64,000 nucleotides of DNA. Source: Callorhinchus milii. Taxonomy: Eukaryota. The stretch covers positions 54,004,001 through 54,068,000 of the forward strand of contig NW_024704742.1 of the NCBI RefSeq assembly GCF_018977255.1, read 5' to 3'. Position 1 is the first letter of the stretch. Each line of letters starts with the position of its first letter. A program made the translations under genes and the position numbers. The notes beneath the pieces were generated by a model that was given only the letters and a program-made list of their open reading frames with translations, did no database searches and was not told where the DNA came from. Shown in pieces: positions 1-11,215 of the stretch.

Positions 1-56
1 TATGATGACAAGAGGAACTGGTGAGAATCCCAAATGTTTTTAAATTCATGGTAAGT

Positions 57-495
57 GTCACCCTGACTCAGTTGGTTGACCTCTCACAAGCCCTACATCG
101 GGACTTTGAACTTGCATGTTCCATCAAGGCTGACACTCCAATGCAGTGGTGAAATGTTAAACCAAGGTCCCATCTGTCTGTTCAGGTGGACATTAAAGAT
201 CCCGTAGCACTATTCGAAGAGAAGGGTGTTTTTCCTGGTGTCCTGTTCAACATTCCCCCAGATAAAATAGGTCATTCACTTTGTGGCTTTGTTGTGCGCA
301 AATTGGCTGCTGTGTTTGCATACACAGTACAGTCACTACACTTTACAGTATTTCCTGTGACGAGCTTTGAGATGTCCTCCTGAAGTGAAAGGCATTACTA
401 CAACAACAACAACTTGCAGTTATATAGCGCTCTTTACATGGGGAAGTGTCTCGGAGTACTTGCATTATATCAAATGCAATCTTGATTATTATTTA
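57..495 (+). mobile_element. Older Deu-domain SINE (SacSINE1-like) with an L2-tail insert near 397-460
   Basis: aggctgacactcca, gttaaaccaaggtcccatctg..ttcaggtggacattaaagatccc, gtgcgcaaattggctgc. Confidence 0.75.
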
Positions 496-1075
496 AACAC
501 ACATAATTGCTCTAAAAGCATTGATATACACACAAAATACAGAATACAGTTAAAGAAACAAATAATAAACACATATACAAGGGCTAGAGTTCTAGTTCTA
601 TTTTGGGCATTATTTTGTTCCTCATCTTTATTCTGCAGCGTTAATGAAGGCCTCCTCCTCTGCTAACAGCAGTGTTGCCAAGGTTATTGAACCACCCTTT
701 GCTGATGTTTGAGTCACTGAAAATTATCAAGAAATATTGGGTTAAAACTTATGATGTGTGCTGTGTTTCCAGTTACTATATTAATGATTGACTGGACTTC
801 TGTTTACTGGAGGCAGAACCTCTTCCTCTTACTCCCAGAAGCTGACTGCACCACATATTCGTTTTCCAACTGGCGGATTGTGGCAGTAAACACTTGGTTC
901 ATTGGATAACGGATTAACTCAACAAAAGTCCAGTGAATGGTGCATGAGGCAGGCTTGTGGGAAAATGATTATGAATGGCATCCAGGTGAGGAAGGGAGTC
1001 TGACTATTGTACACCCATGGATCCATCAGTAATCAATACGTCAACTGGTCACTTTTTTCATTGATATGTTAATTG

Positions 1076-1440
1076 TAATAATAATACTTGCATTTGATAT
1101 AATGCCTTATCACATCATCAAGACGTCTCAAAGCTCTTCATAGAATTTTATGGTGAAGTGTAGTGATTACATATCTCCAGGGAAATGCAGCAGCCAATTT
1201 GCATGCAGTTATTTCACATAAATAGCTATAAAATGAATGACTCATTTTATCTAGGAGAGAGTTGGCCAGGACACCAGGAAAAACTCCCTTCTCTTTTCAA
1301 ATAATGCCATGAACTATTTACATCCAACTGAACAGAGAGACATGACTTTGGTTTAACATCCCATCTGCTGGATGGCATCTCTGACAATGCAGTACACTCC
1401 CAGCACTGCACAGGAGTGTTAGCCTTGATGGTGAGCTCAC
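1076..1440 (-). mobile_element. Older Deu-domain SINE
   Basis: Reverse complement of the family at 57-495. Further decayed copies at about 17150-17530, 25765-26000 plus 26325-26480, 35620-35960, 48735-48935, 54697-54990 and 57858-58220 (all -), and 31543-31925 (+). Confidence 0.75.
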
Positions 1441-2431
1441 CTCAGCCGTTAGTTAACATCACATGTTGCATTTTCAACCCCATTAGTTGCAAGTGAAGTT
1501 TTCCAGCAGGGTCTTTTCACCATGAATTGCTAAGACAATATAGTGCTGCGGGAATTTTATGACTTCTATAAATTCGATTTGCATCCATTTCTCACCACAT
1601 TATTAGTTTCAAAATGAATTTGCTCAGTTGTAAGGAATTTGCATAATTTGACGTCTGGTCAGCGGTTTGACAATTTTCTTCTATTTTCAGCTTCTTACAA
1701 GTTCCTCAGTCAATCAAAGTGCAATTCATCTCTATTTTGAAGAGTGTCATAATTGATGCAGCACAAGTCCTTGTCACTTCTTAATATTCTCTCACTTATT
1801 GCAAACTTAATTTCCACAGTAAAAAGCCTTGCATGTATCATGCAATTCTCTGAGCAGAAACTGGTCTCTCTTTGTTAGAACTGACAAACATATGGAGATT
1901 ATTTCGAATCACATTTTTTTCAGTTAACAAACTTGAAAAGCACATCAAAATTATAAAAACTACATAAAATCTAATCAGTTACATGATCCAAAATAATTTG
2001 GCATAAACAAGGTATGCATTGAATGAGAGGTAGACAAACATTAATTTACAGTGATACCCAATGTTGTGGATCCAAGTTGTCACACTATCTACTCTATCCC
2101 TGTCTCTACCATTCACTTCACGGCTGTTTGTGGGACATTACTGAGTGCAAGTTGCCTGCCATGCTTGCACACAAAATACACACTTTACTGTGTATCCTGT
2201 GAAGTGTTTTGGGGTGTCCTCCCATCAAGAGCACTATACCAAATGTAAGGATTGTTATTATAAGTATTTTTATGATTATTATTATCTTTTCCTCTCTCTA
2301 AGCCTTGACATAGTATGAATTGTGTACTCTATAATTAATTCTATTCCTAGTTTTAATTCCTTGGGTATAAATAAACTTTCTAAAATGTCCTGTTCCTTTC
2401 CTTCACTGCTCTAACACTTTCCTTTTATTGA

Positions 2432-3503
2432 TAATAATAATTCTTGCATTTGGTATAGCGGGTCTTTGAGATGTCTCAAAGAGCTTCACAGAATATACTG
2501 TAAAGTGAATTCACTGTAAATTTTATGCGTGAAACCCAGCATCCAAATGCGCACAGCGGTGTCCACAAACAGTCGTGAATTGAGTGACCAAATTATTATT
2601 TTATTTTTGAAGGAATTATTATCCCTGGAAAATCAATCCACCAATTGACTAACAACCGGGTTCCTACTACTGCTAGGTGTGTGGAGCCATCCGGAACCTT
2701 GGCATCCTGTTTGACTCTCAATTGTCCTTCCTACCCCATATCTGTGCCATGACCCGCTCTGCTTTCCCCATCTCCGCAACATCGCCTGGCTCTGCCACTG
2801 CCTCACACAGCCGAAACCCTCATCCAGGCATTCATCACTTCTAGGTTCAACTACACCAACTCCCTGCTTGTCGGCCTTCCTAACTCTTCCCTCTTCTCCC
2901 AAGTGGCAGATCATCCAGAACTCTGCAGCTTGTGTCCTGTCTGTGACCCTATCAGCCCCAACTTCGCCCCACTCCATTGGCTCCCCATCCCTCAAAATCC
3001 TCACCCTTACCTTCAGGGCCCTCCACAGCCTTGGTTCTTCCTACCTCTGTGACCTGCTGACCCCATATCAACCTGTCCGCTCCCTCCGCTCAGCAGGCTG
3101 TGTCCTGCTCCATGTCCTCCACCTGGCCCGCCCCACCATTGGCAGCTGAGCCTTCAGCCTTTCTATCCCCACCATTTGGAACTCCATCCCATATTCCCTT
3201 TGCCTCGCTCCCTCCCTTGCCTCCTTCAAGGTACGTCTCAAGACCCTCCTCTTCAATCACGCCTTCGGCCACCATCCTACCCTCTCTCCCTGCCCTCTAC
3301 CCTCCACAATCCCAACCCCCTGCTTGTTTCCAAATCCCTGTCTGTCCAGCACCTTAGAACGTCCTCCTGATGTGAAAAGCGCTACACAAATGTAATTTTG
3401 TTTTGTAATATAAGGAAACTTGCCCAACGTTTGCCCTGCCCAGGAATCAAGCCTAGGACCTTTCGTTTGCGAGGCGAATGCTCTAACCACTAAGCTACAG
3501 GAC
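2432..3503 (-). mobile_element. tRNA-derived Deu-type SINE (long subfamily) split by L2 (pieces 2432-2686 and 3411-3503)
   Basis: Tail, Deu core and central segment on the left piece; tRNA head on the right piece. Confidence 0.85.
2687..3410 (+). mobile_element. Decayed L2 3' fragment inserted within a SINE
   Basis: Homologous to 6200-7018 (QIIQNSAA, LHWLP-like, 3' hairpin and tail). Splits a minus-strand SINE between GTGGAG (2686) and TAAGGAAAC (3411). Confidence 0.85.
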
Positions 3504-4099
3504 ACTGATTCCTCTTGAAAAGGAAAGAATAATGCTATGTTTTCATCTTCCAGGAACCGTCAATGCCATTTCCTGTCTCGACCAATACTTGTTGAATTGA
3601 ACCCTGGGATATCGAAAGAGAAAAAACAATAAGCATAATTCTCCTTTCCTGGAGAACATTCGGCTTTGCATTACACAGTCACTAAACTTTACAGTAAATT
3701 CTGTAAAGGTCTTTGAGATGTCTTCCTGACATTCAGCTAACACAGGGCCTGCTGAGTAACCTTCAGCTACGATGTCTCTAACCTCTAGAAACTTTTCGCA
3801 GTTTTCCGAGATTTTATCCAGTGTGAAGGATACTTTATAAATGCAACTTGTTGTTGTTTAAAGTCACTATGTGAAATGCAATGAATGTTATCATTAGCTG
3901 GCCTCTCCTGCACATCTGAGAGCAGAAGCAAAGGAGGACTGGATGTACAGCCAACTTTTCTCAACCTTACAATGAAATAAATTGGGGTTCTACCCTATCA
4001 AAGAATGATTTATAACTCCAATATCAGTGCTTCGAAAATATATAAAATATGGAAATTCTGATGACATAACAGATAATGGGAGCTCCACCATTAGTTCAG

Positions 4100-4605
4100 G
4101 TAATAACAATATCAACAAATTACATTTGTATAGTCCTTTTCCCAAGATGCTGGACAGTCAGGGATCTGCACCTGACGTCGTTGGGATCAGGAGAGGTGGA
4201 GTGCAGTGAGGATAGGTGTAGGAGGAGGATGACCAAAGGAATGGTCAAAGAGGAGGCTTTTGAGACAGGGCTTGAAGGGAAGCAAGAGAGGGGACCAAGC
4301 GGAGGGACTCTGGGATGGAGTTCCAGAGGGTGGGGGCAGAGAAGCTGAAGGCCCACCCGCCAATAGTGGGGTTAGGAGGTCACAGAGGTAGGAAGGAGTG
4401 AGGCTGTGGAGGGCTGTGAAGGTGAGGATCAGGATCTTGAACTAAGTGATGGAGAGCCACTGGAACCAGGCAAGGATGGGGGTGAGATAGGGTCATGGAG
4501 CCTGGTACAGGAGAGGATTCTGGATGATCTGCAACCTGTGGAGGGGGGAGTTGGGGACGCTGGGGAGCAGGGAGTTGTAGTCCATCGTGGATGTGATGAA
4601 TGTGT
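4100..4605 (-). mobile_element. L2 3' fragment
   Basis: Reverse complement is similar to the L2 3' region (gatcaggatcttgaa, agccactgga, ttctggatgatctgca). Confidence 0.8.
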
Positions 4606-4706
4606 AATTTAAATGAAATGCAAGACCTTATAAATGAAGGGAACATCTCAGTTTCCCTTAATATCTAGTGTACAGAATTGACGGTAACTTTCTTCTATGC
4701 CTTGGA

Positions 4707-7018
4707 GTCCTCTGAACTCCTCTCCCTCTGGCTTTCAACCCTCACCGACCCCTCTTCTCCTCTCTCCCTCCTCCACAATACCCTCTCCTCCACACTCGAT
4801 ACTCTTGCCCCCATCACTTCCCGCACTGTCTCCTACTCCCGCTCCTCCCCCTGGTACACCACCCACCTCCGCTCACTGAAAAGCCAGGTGCGGGCTGCTG
4901 AACGCACCTGTGTCAAATCTGGCCTAACGGTCCACCGACAAATCTGGCTGGACCTCCTCAAAATTTACCGCTCCACTCTAGCCTCGGCCAAGTCGTCCTT
5001 CTACTCCAGGATAATCCTGGAGGCGAAGAACAACCCCAGGCTACTGTTTTCCACCACAACCCGACTCCTCCGTCCCCCCCGCCACCCCGCGCAGGTCATC
5101 TCCTCCAACCTTCACTGCGAGGAGATGCTGGATTTCCTTGAATCCAAGATCAAGGGAATCCGCTCCGCGGTCACTTCCCCTCCAACTTCCACCCACCAGC
5201 CACCCCTTCCCTCCCACACTCCGACTCCTACCCATCCTCCCCTAAACACCTTCGTACCCGTTTCCCCACCCTCTGTCACTGAACTCATCCTATCCCTAAA
5301 ACCAACCACCTGCTCCCTTGACCCCATCCCCACTCCACTCCTTATCTCCCAGCTCCACTTTCTTGCCCCACATATCACTGACATCATCAACCTGTCCCTC
5401 TCCTCTGGCTCTGTCCCCATTCCATTAAAAACTGCCATCATCACGCCCACCCTGAAAAAACCCTCCCTTGATGCGTCGCAGCTATCAAGCTACCGGCCCA
5501 TCTCCAACCTCCCCTTTCTCTCCAAGGTCTTGGAAAGAGTTGTCGCCTCCCAACTGCGCTCTTTCCTTTCCACCCATTCTCTTTTCGAACCCCTTCAGTC
5601 AGGTTTCCGTGCTGCCCATAGCACAGAAACTGCCCTGGTCAAGGTCACCAATGATATCCTGACCATCTGTGACCAGGGCTCCCTCTGTCTCCTCGTCCTC
5701 CTCGACCTATCGGCAGCATTCGATACGGTCGACCACGCTATCCTACTCCACCGCTTGTCCTCCCACCTCAACCTTCAAGGCACTGTCCTTGAATGGTTTA
5801 GGTCGTACCTTTCTCACCGTCTTCACTTCGTCTCGACGAATGGCTTCTCCTCCACCCCCCGCACTGTCTCATGTGGTGTCCCTCAGGGCTCTGTCCTTGG
5901 TCCCCTCCTCTTCACCCTCTATATGCTCCCCCTCGGTGACATCATCCGCAGACATGGGTTAACTTCCACATGTATGCGGATGACACCCAACTCTACCTTT
6001 CCTCCTCTACTCTCAACTCCACGACCACCGATGTCCTGACAGCTGCCTGTCCGACATCGAGTCCTGGACGAGAGACAACTTTCTTCAGCTCAACGTGCGA
6101 AAAACCGAGGCCCTCCTGATTGGCTCACGTCAGCGCCTCCGCACCTCAGGCGCTGACACCATCAGCATCCAAGGCTGCACTCTCCACCTCTCAAAGCCAG
6201 TCAGGAACCTCGGCGTTTTGTTCGACCCTGAGCTGTCCTTTCTCCCTCACATCCGCACCACAACTGGCACCGCCTTCCATCACCTCCGGAACATCGCCAG
6301 ACTACGGCATTACCTCACCCCTCACGCTGCTGAAACCCTGGTTCACGCCTTTGTCACCTCAAGGCTGGACTATGGGAACTCTCTCCTCGCCGGCCTTCCC
6401 GCCACCTCCCTCCACAAGCTGCAGGTCATTCAGAACTCTGCAGCTCGTGTACTGTCCCGCACCAGGCTTCGGGACCACATCACTCCCACCCTCGCTCGCC
6501 TCCACTGGCTCCCCATCCCCCAGAGGATTGATTTCAAGATCCTCATCCTCACCTACAAGGCCATTCACGGCCTTGCTCCCTCCTACCTCTCCAACCTACT
6601 ATCCCCCTACCTACCTGCCCGTACCCTCCGTTCCTCTGGCTCCGGTCTGCTCCACGTCCCCCGCCCCAACCGCCCTACCATCGGTGGTCGGGCCTTCAGC
6701 CTCTCAGCCCCGAGGCTCTGGAACTCCATCCCCCAGTGCCTTCGCCGCCTCCTCCCTTTCCTCCTTCAAGGCCGGTCTCAAAACCTTTCTCTTTGACCGA
6801 GCCTTCAGCTCCCCTCTCGACTCTCTTCCCCTCCTCGCTCCCTCCCTTCCCTCCCCTCACCCTGACCATTTCCCCCTCCTCGCTCCCTCCCTTCCCTCAC
6901 CCTGACCATTTCCCCCCTGCTCGGGTCATGACCCAACTGTGCAGCGCCTTGGGACGTCCTCCTGACGTGAAAGGCGCTTTATAAATGGAATCTTGTTGTT
7001 GTTGTTGTTGTTGTTGTT
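4707..7018 (+). mobile_element. 5'-truncated L2 (LINE2) retrotransposon with RT domain, frameshifted
   Basis: ORF 4678-6039 contains [33 protein letters not shown] and [17 protein letters not shown] (5973-5984) is in a shifted frame. The C-terminal part (6095-6796) has FVTSRLDYGN and LHWLP. 3' hairpin at 6943-6978 and a (TTG)n tail to 7018. Confidence 0.95.
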
Positions 7019-7264
7019 AATTTTGGTTTTCCAAGTGATTTGTGGATCCACCAATCCTGTTCCAGCACTTGTCACTCCTCCGGTGGTGGAAGTCAGTACT
7101 GCAGAAAATGCCGCCCTCCTGTGGCAGTCTCAACAGTTCCATTGGTTTGCATTGAAATCAACATTAGGCTTTCTGGGACGTAATCACAAATTTGCTACAA
7201 ATAAAAGTTATGTTACATGTATGAATTGTGTTTGCAATGAGACTTTGAAGCAACAGCCTGTTAA

Positions 7265-7700
7265 CAGCTCCTGTTAATCAGCGCTTTGGGACGTCCTCCA
7301 AACATGAAAGGCGCTCTATAAATGTAATTTTGTTGTTGTTGTAATCCCGCAAACCAAAGCCCAATGGTTAAAATGGTCCCAGCCAGACAAGCAGCAGGAA
7401 GCTTGCCAGACATTGCTCTCAATGGCAAGCTATATGGTTTTCAGCTGGTTAAACTCCAGCCATACCTTAACACACATTCTCAGGTTTTCAAACCTTGGCT
7501 GTTGCCAATCTATGCTTAATATTCTCTGGAATTAGGTAAGCAGGATGTACTCCTCCAGGGAGAGACTGTGCATTCTGTTTCAGATTCAGGGAAATGTTCA
7601 TGTATCTATTATACCAATCTAGAACTTTCAGTCTTGTTTCGTTACTGTTAAGGATGATAGTTGGTTTCTGCACATATCAGACACCTGCCTGACCCAAAAA
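7265..7700 (+). mobile_element. Partial copy of the ~0.6-kb repeat with an L2-tail insert at 7279-7341
   Basis: Colinear with 35257-35615 apart from the insert, which is flanked by a TAAT duplication. Confidence 0.7.
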
Positions 7701-9917
7701 AGTAAACTGCAATTAATTTAACAAAGGCAACAATGGCTCGTTACTCAAAAAAAAATGACATTTCAATGACTTGCAGAACAAACATGAAGAAATGTTTTAA
7801 TTTAGAACAGAGACCCACTATCTTAATCTCAACTTTTTGGGGTGTTCAACTGAAGTACTTTGACAGGATGGAGCTTGCTGAATTTTACCCAAATCAATCT
7901 ACATTATTAATACTTTAACAGACTTGGAGTCTGGCATTGTGGTGCCCAAATAAGCCGTTGTACCTGAGCGGGGTGCAGACCACAGGATATAAAGCTGTAA
8001 ATCGATCCTACCGCTCCCTCACCCACCCCATGTTTCTCTGACTCTGGGACTGACTGAAGCGAGACTCAGGCCTTGCAAGGCCAGGGAGAACAAAGGAAGC
8101 ATGAGGCCTAACCACGTGTCAGGCTCCGCTGTTGCGGTGAAGTCAACATAGCTATTGTGCTCAGCGTTGGGGAGGCTGAGAGATGGTGTATGTTAGTACC
8201 TGAATGTAGTGGGAACCCTGAGGCATTACAATCCAAATATTGAGATCAAAAATGTTCAAATCATCAGAGAAATAAGGTAATGGAAGAACTGGCGTGTACA
8301 GCAGAAAAGAGTTGATTGCAGGGCATGAAATGTATGTTCAGATTGACTGAGGACAGCCAGGGCCAATTGAGAGTAGTCATTAGAGGAAACTGCAGCATGC
8401 TGGTGACGGTTGATAACCAAACATCACTCTCGGCACGTTGACAGCAATCAAGTCAATGCAGCAGTGATTCAAACAAGCAATAAAATCTATGACTAAACAG
8501 TAATAACGAGGTCTGTACATTCTGTAGCACACAGTTAAGACTTAAGATTTAAGGCTTGAAAGGCTTAACTTTCTGACACTCCTTCAGACGGACTTGAATT
8601 CCCTGACTTCTCTGGTACAATACCTGGACTGTTCCCTATTACAAGAATCAGAAACTTTTCAAATTCATCTCTAAGATCATTAAGCCAAATTGGGTGGGTT
8701 TTTAAAAAAATTTCAATGGATATTCGAGACAAGGGAATAGATAGGTAATTGCTATAATATGATATATTGTTCAGTAATATTAATGGTTTTAATCAATATA
8801 TAACTACACATATTTTAAAAAGATGGCATCATATTTGTTGCCTTCAACAAGCTGGATAAAACATTACAATCAATATCTATTGTCTAGATATTCTTAACCC
8901 CGAAGTAAGTTGTCATGGCTGTGTTTCAAAAAGGAGTCCATTTCTTTATAATGTATTCCTACATACAATGGATGATGGATCTAGCCACTCAATAAATTTA
9001 GACTCTATTCTTCTGTCATTGAAATTGCACTAAACCATGCAATTCTTTGATGGAGCTATTCAATGAAAACTAAGGAGGGATTTAGCAGTGGTACTAATAT
9101 TACTGGCTATATAATAATAGTCATGTAATTTCTCTTCACTCCTTAGAAATATGATGAAAATTATTTAACTAATATCTCCAAAAGACTTAGTCAGTTGTAT
9201 TAATCCTATAAGAAGTTAAGCTTTGATCAGTAAGAAAGGCCTTGTGATCTGATTTGGCAAATAAGTCAGTTTCAGAAGAAGTGAGTCATGTCTGACCAAT
9301 ATCATAGACTTTTGAGGTGGTAAATCCCAAATTTACTGTGGGAAGCCATGTCATTCCCTTGATACGCAGTCATATCAGTTTGTGAAAGGGTTTTTCATGT
9401 GCCACTTTGGCAAACACTTTTGGAAGCATTTTGCCCACAAAATACAGTAATTTCACTTTACAGTATATTCTGTGAAGCGCTTTGAGACATCAGAACAACG
9501 TCATAAAGCACTATTATCAAATGCAAGGATTATTGCATTGCATAGAGTACTTAGACTTCCAAAAGGTATTTGCCTGCATGTGGATTTGAAATTGGCTAAA
9601 AGGAAAATAGCAGAGAGTAGTTATTGGAGAAGCTAGTTCAAAATGGGGGAGGTATTAAGTGGGGTGCCTCAGGAAACTTTACTCCAACCTCTTTTCTTCC
9701 TTGAATACATTAATAGCCTGAAGTTGCAGATCAAGTGCAAGGTTCTTACATTTACAGATGATATCTATTTGGGGCAGCTAAGAATCAGAAGAGCCAGCAA
9801 AAGTCTTGCAAAGAGAGTATGATAGGGTAGACTGGTGAATGGCAAATGATGTTCAATATAGATAATTTAAGGTACTGCATGTAGAAAGTAAAAGCAGAAG
9901 TCACGTATACTTCCACG

Positions 9918-10233
9918 TGGAGTCCTGTAGCTCAATGGTTAGAGCACTGGCCTTGCAAGCAAGACACCTGGGTTCAATTCCGGGCAGGGCAAAACCTTGG
10001 GCAAGTTTCCTTACTCCACACACCTAATAATAATCCCTCCAAAACAAAAACAATAATAAATTGGTCATTTTTAATCCACGGCTGTTTGTGGGACACTGCT
10101 GTGTGCAATTGGCTGCCACGTTTCCCCCACAAATATACAGTCAATTCACTTTGCAGCGTATGCTGTGAAGTGCTTTGAGATGTCTAGAAGACGTGAAAAG
10201 CGCTATATCAAATGCAAGGATTATTATTATTAT
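9918..10233 (+). mobile_element. Full-length tRNA-derived SINE (short subfamily) inside a CR1 remnant
   Basis: A box TAGCTCAATGG, B box GGTTCAATTCC, Deu-like core tgtgggacactgctgtgtgcaattggctgcc, L2-type hairpin, (TTA)n tail. Confidence 0.92.
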
Positions 10234-10545
10234 TTACAGTTGGAATAGAACTTGCCAAGGAGGAAGCTGAATGAGATCTCGAGGTATCAATTGGCTCATC
10301 TCTCACAAGTCAAAACAGTATGAGGCAGCAATAAACACGGCAAAGTGAATGTTGGGATATATGCTAAATCAGTTAAGATCAGATCCCTAGAAGTCACTCT
10401 CAATCTATATAATGCTCTGGTCAATCCGCACCTAGAGTACTGTATGCAATTCTGATCACTGTAACATAAGGGGGCTGCTCATAATCTAGAAGCAGTGCAA
10501 AGCAAAGCAATGAGTATAATCCCCACCATTAGAGGAATGAGCTAC

Positions 10546-10857
10546 AATAATAATAATAATCCTTGCATTTGATATTGCGCTTTCACGTCTTCTAGACTCT
10601 CAAAACGCTTCCCGGAATATATTGTAAAGTGAATTGACTATATGTATTGGCGAAACGCGGCAGCCAATTGCACACAGCAGTGTCCCACAAACAGTCGTGG
10701 ATTGAAGTGACCAATTTATTATTGAGTTTTTTTCTTGAGGGATTATTATCAGGGGTGTAGAGGAAGGAAACTTGCCCAAGATTTCACCCTGCTGGGAATA
10801 GAACCTAGGTCTCTCCCATGCGAGGCGAATGCTCTAACCACTGAGCTACAGGACTTC
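10546..10857 (-). mobile_element. Full-length tRNA-derived SINE
   Basis: Reverse-complement match to 9918-10233. Confidence 0.9.
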
Positions 10858-10967
10858 TATAACTATAACTATTAGACAAGTCAGGGCTCTTCAACTTTTA
10901 ATAGAGATATATCAGAGAAAAGCTTACAATGGGTTCCCTCTGAGAACCCTCAGATTTTAATGGGATG

Positions 10968-11215
10968 ATAGTAATAATAGTCATCCTTGCATTTGATTTA
11001 GCGCTTTATGATGTCATTGAGATGTCTCAAAGCGCTTCACAGAATACATTGACTGTATATTTTGTGGCAAAACGAGGCAGCCACAATTGTGCATTCCACA
11101 AACAGTCGTGGATTGAGTGGCCAATTTTTTTTAAAAGGTTTATTGCCCCCAGAAAGCGATCCGCCATTCAACTCACAACCAGGTTTCTACTTACTGCTCG
11201 GTAGACAGAGGCTTG
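10968..11215 (-). mobile_element. SINE 3' fragment (long subfamily)
   Basis: Tail, Deu core and central segment aaccaggtttctacttactgc. Confidence 0.75.

Larger units (their letters stand above)
9540..10960 (+). mobile_element. Highly decayed CR1 fragment hosting two SINEs
   Basis: agtggggtgcctcagga (GVPQG), acatttacagatgat (FADD-like), cacctagagtactgtatgcaattctga. Confidence 0.7.

Noticed and set aside
48..56. + strand donor-like ATG|GTAAGT, and CAG|GTGAGG near 985
   Set aside because: No supporting reading frame or recognisable product; such motifs are expected by chance.
4678..6039. Domesticated or novel reverse transcriptase gene
   Set aside because: An ordinary 5'-truncated L2 ORF2 lacking the endonuclease and a real start codon, frameshifted before YADD and ending in the L2 tail.
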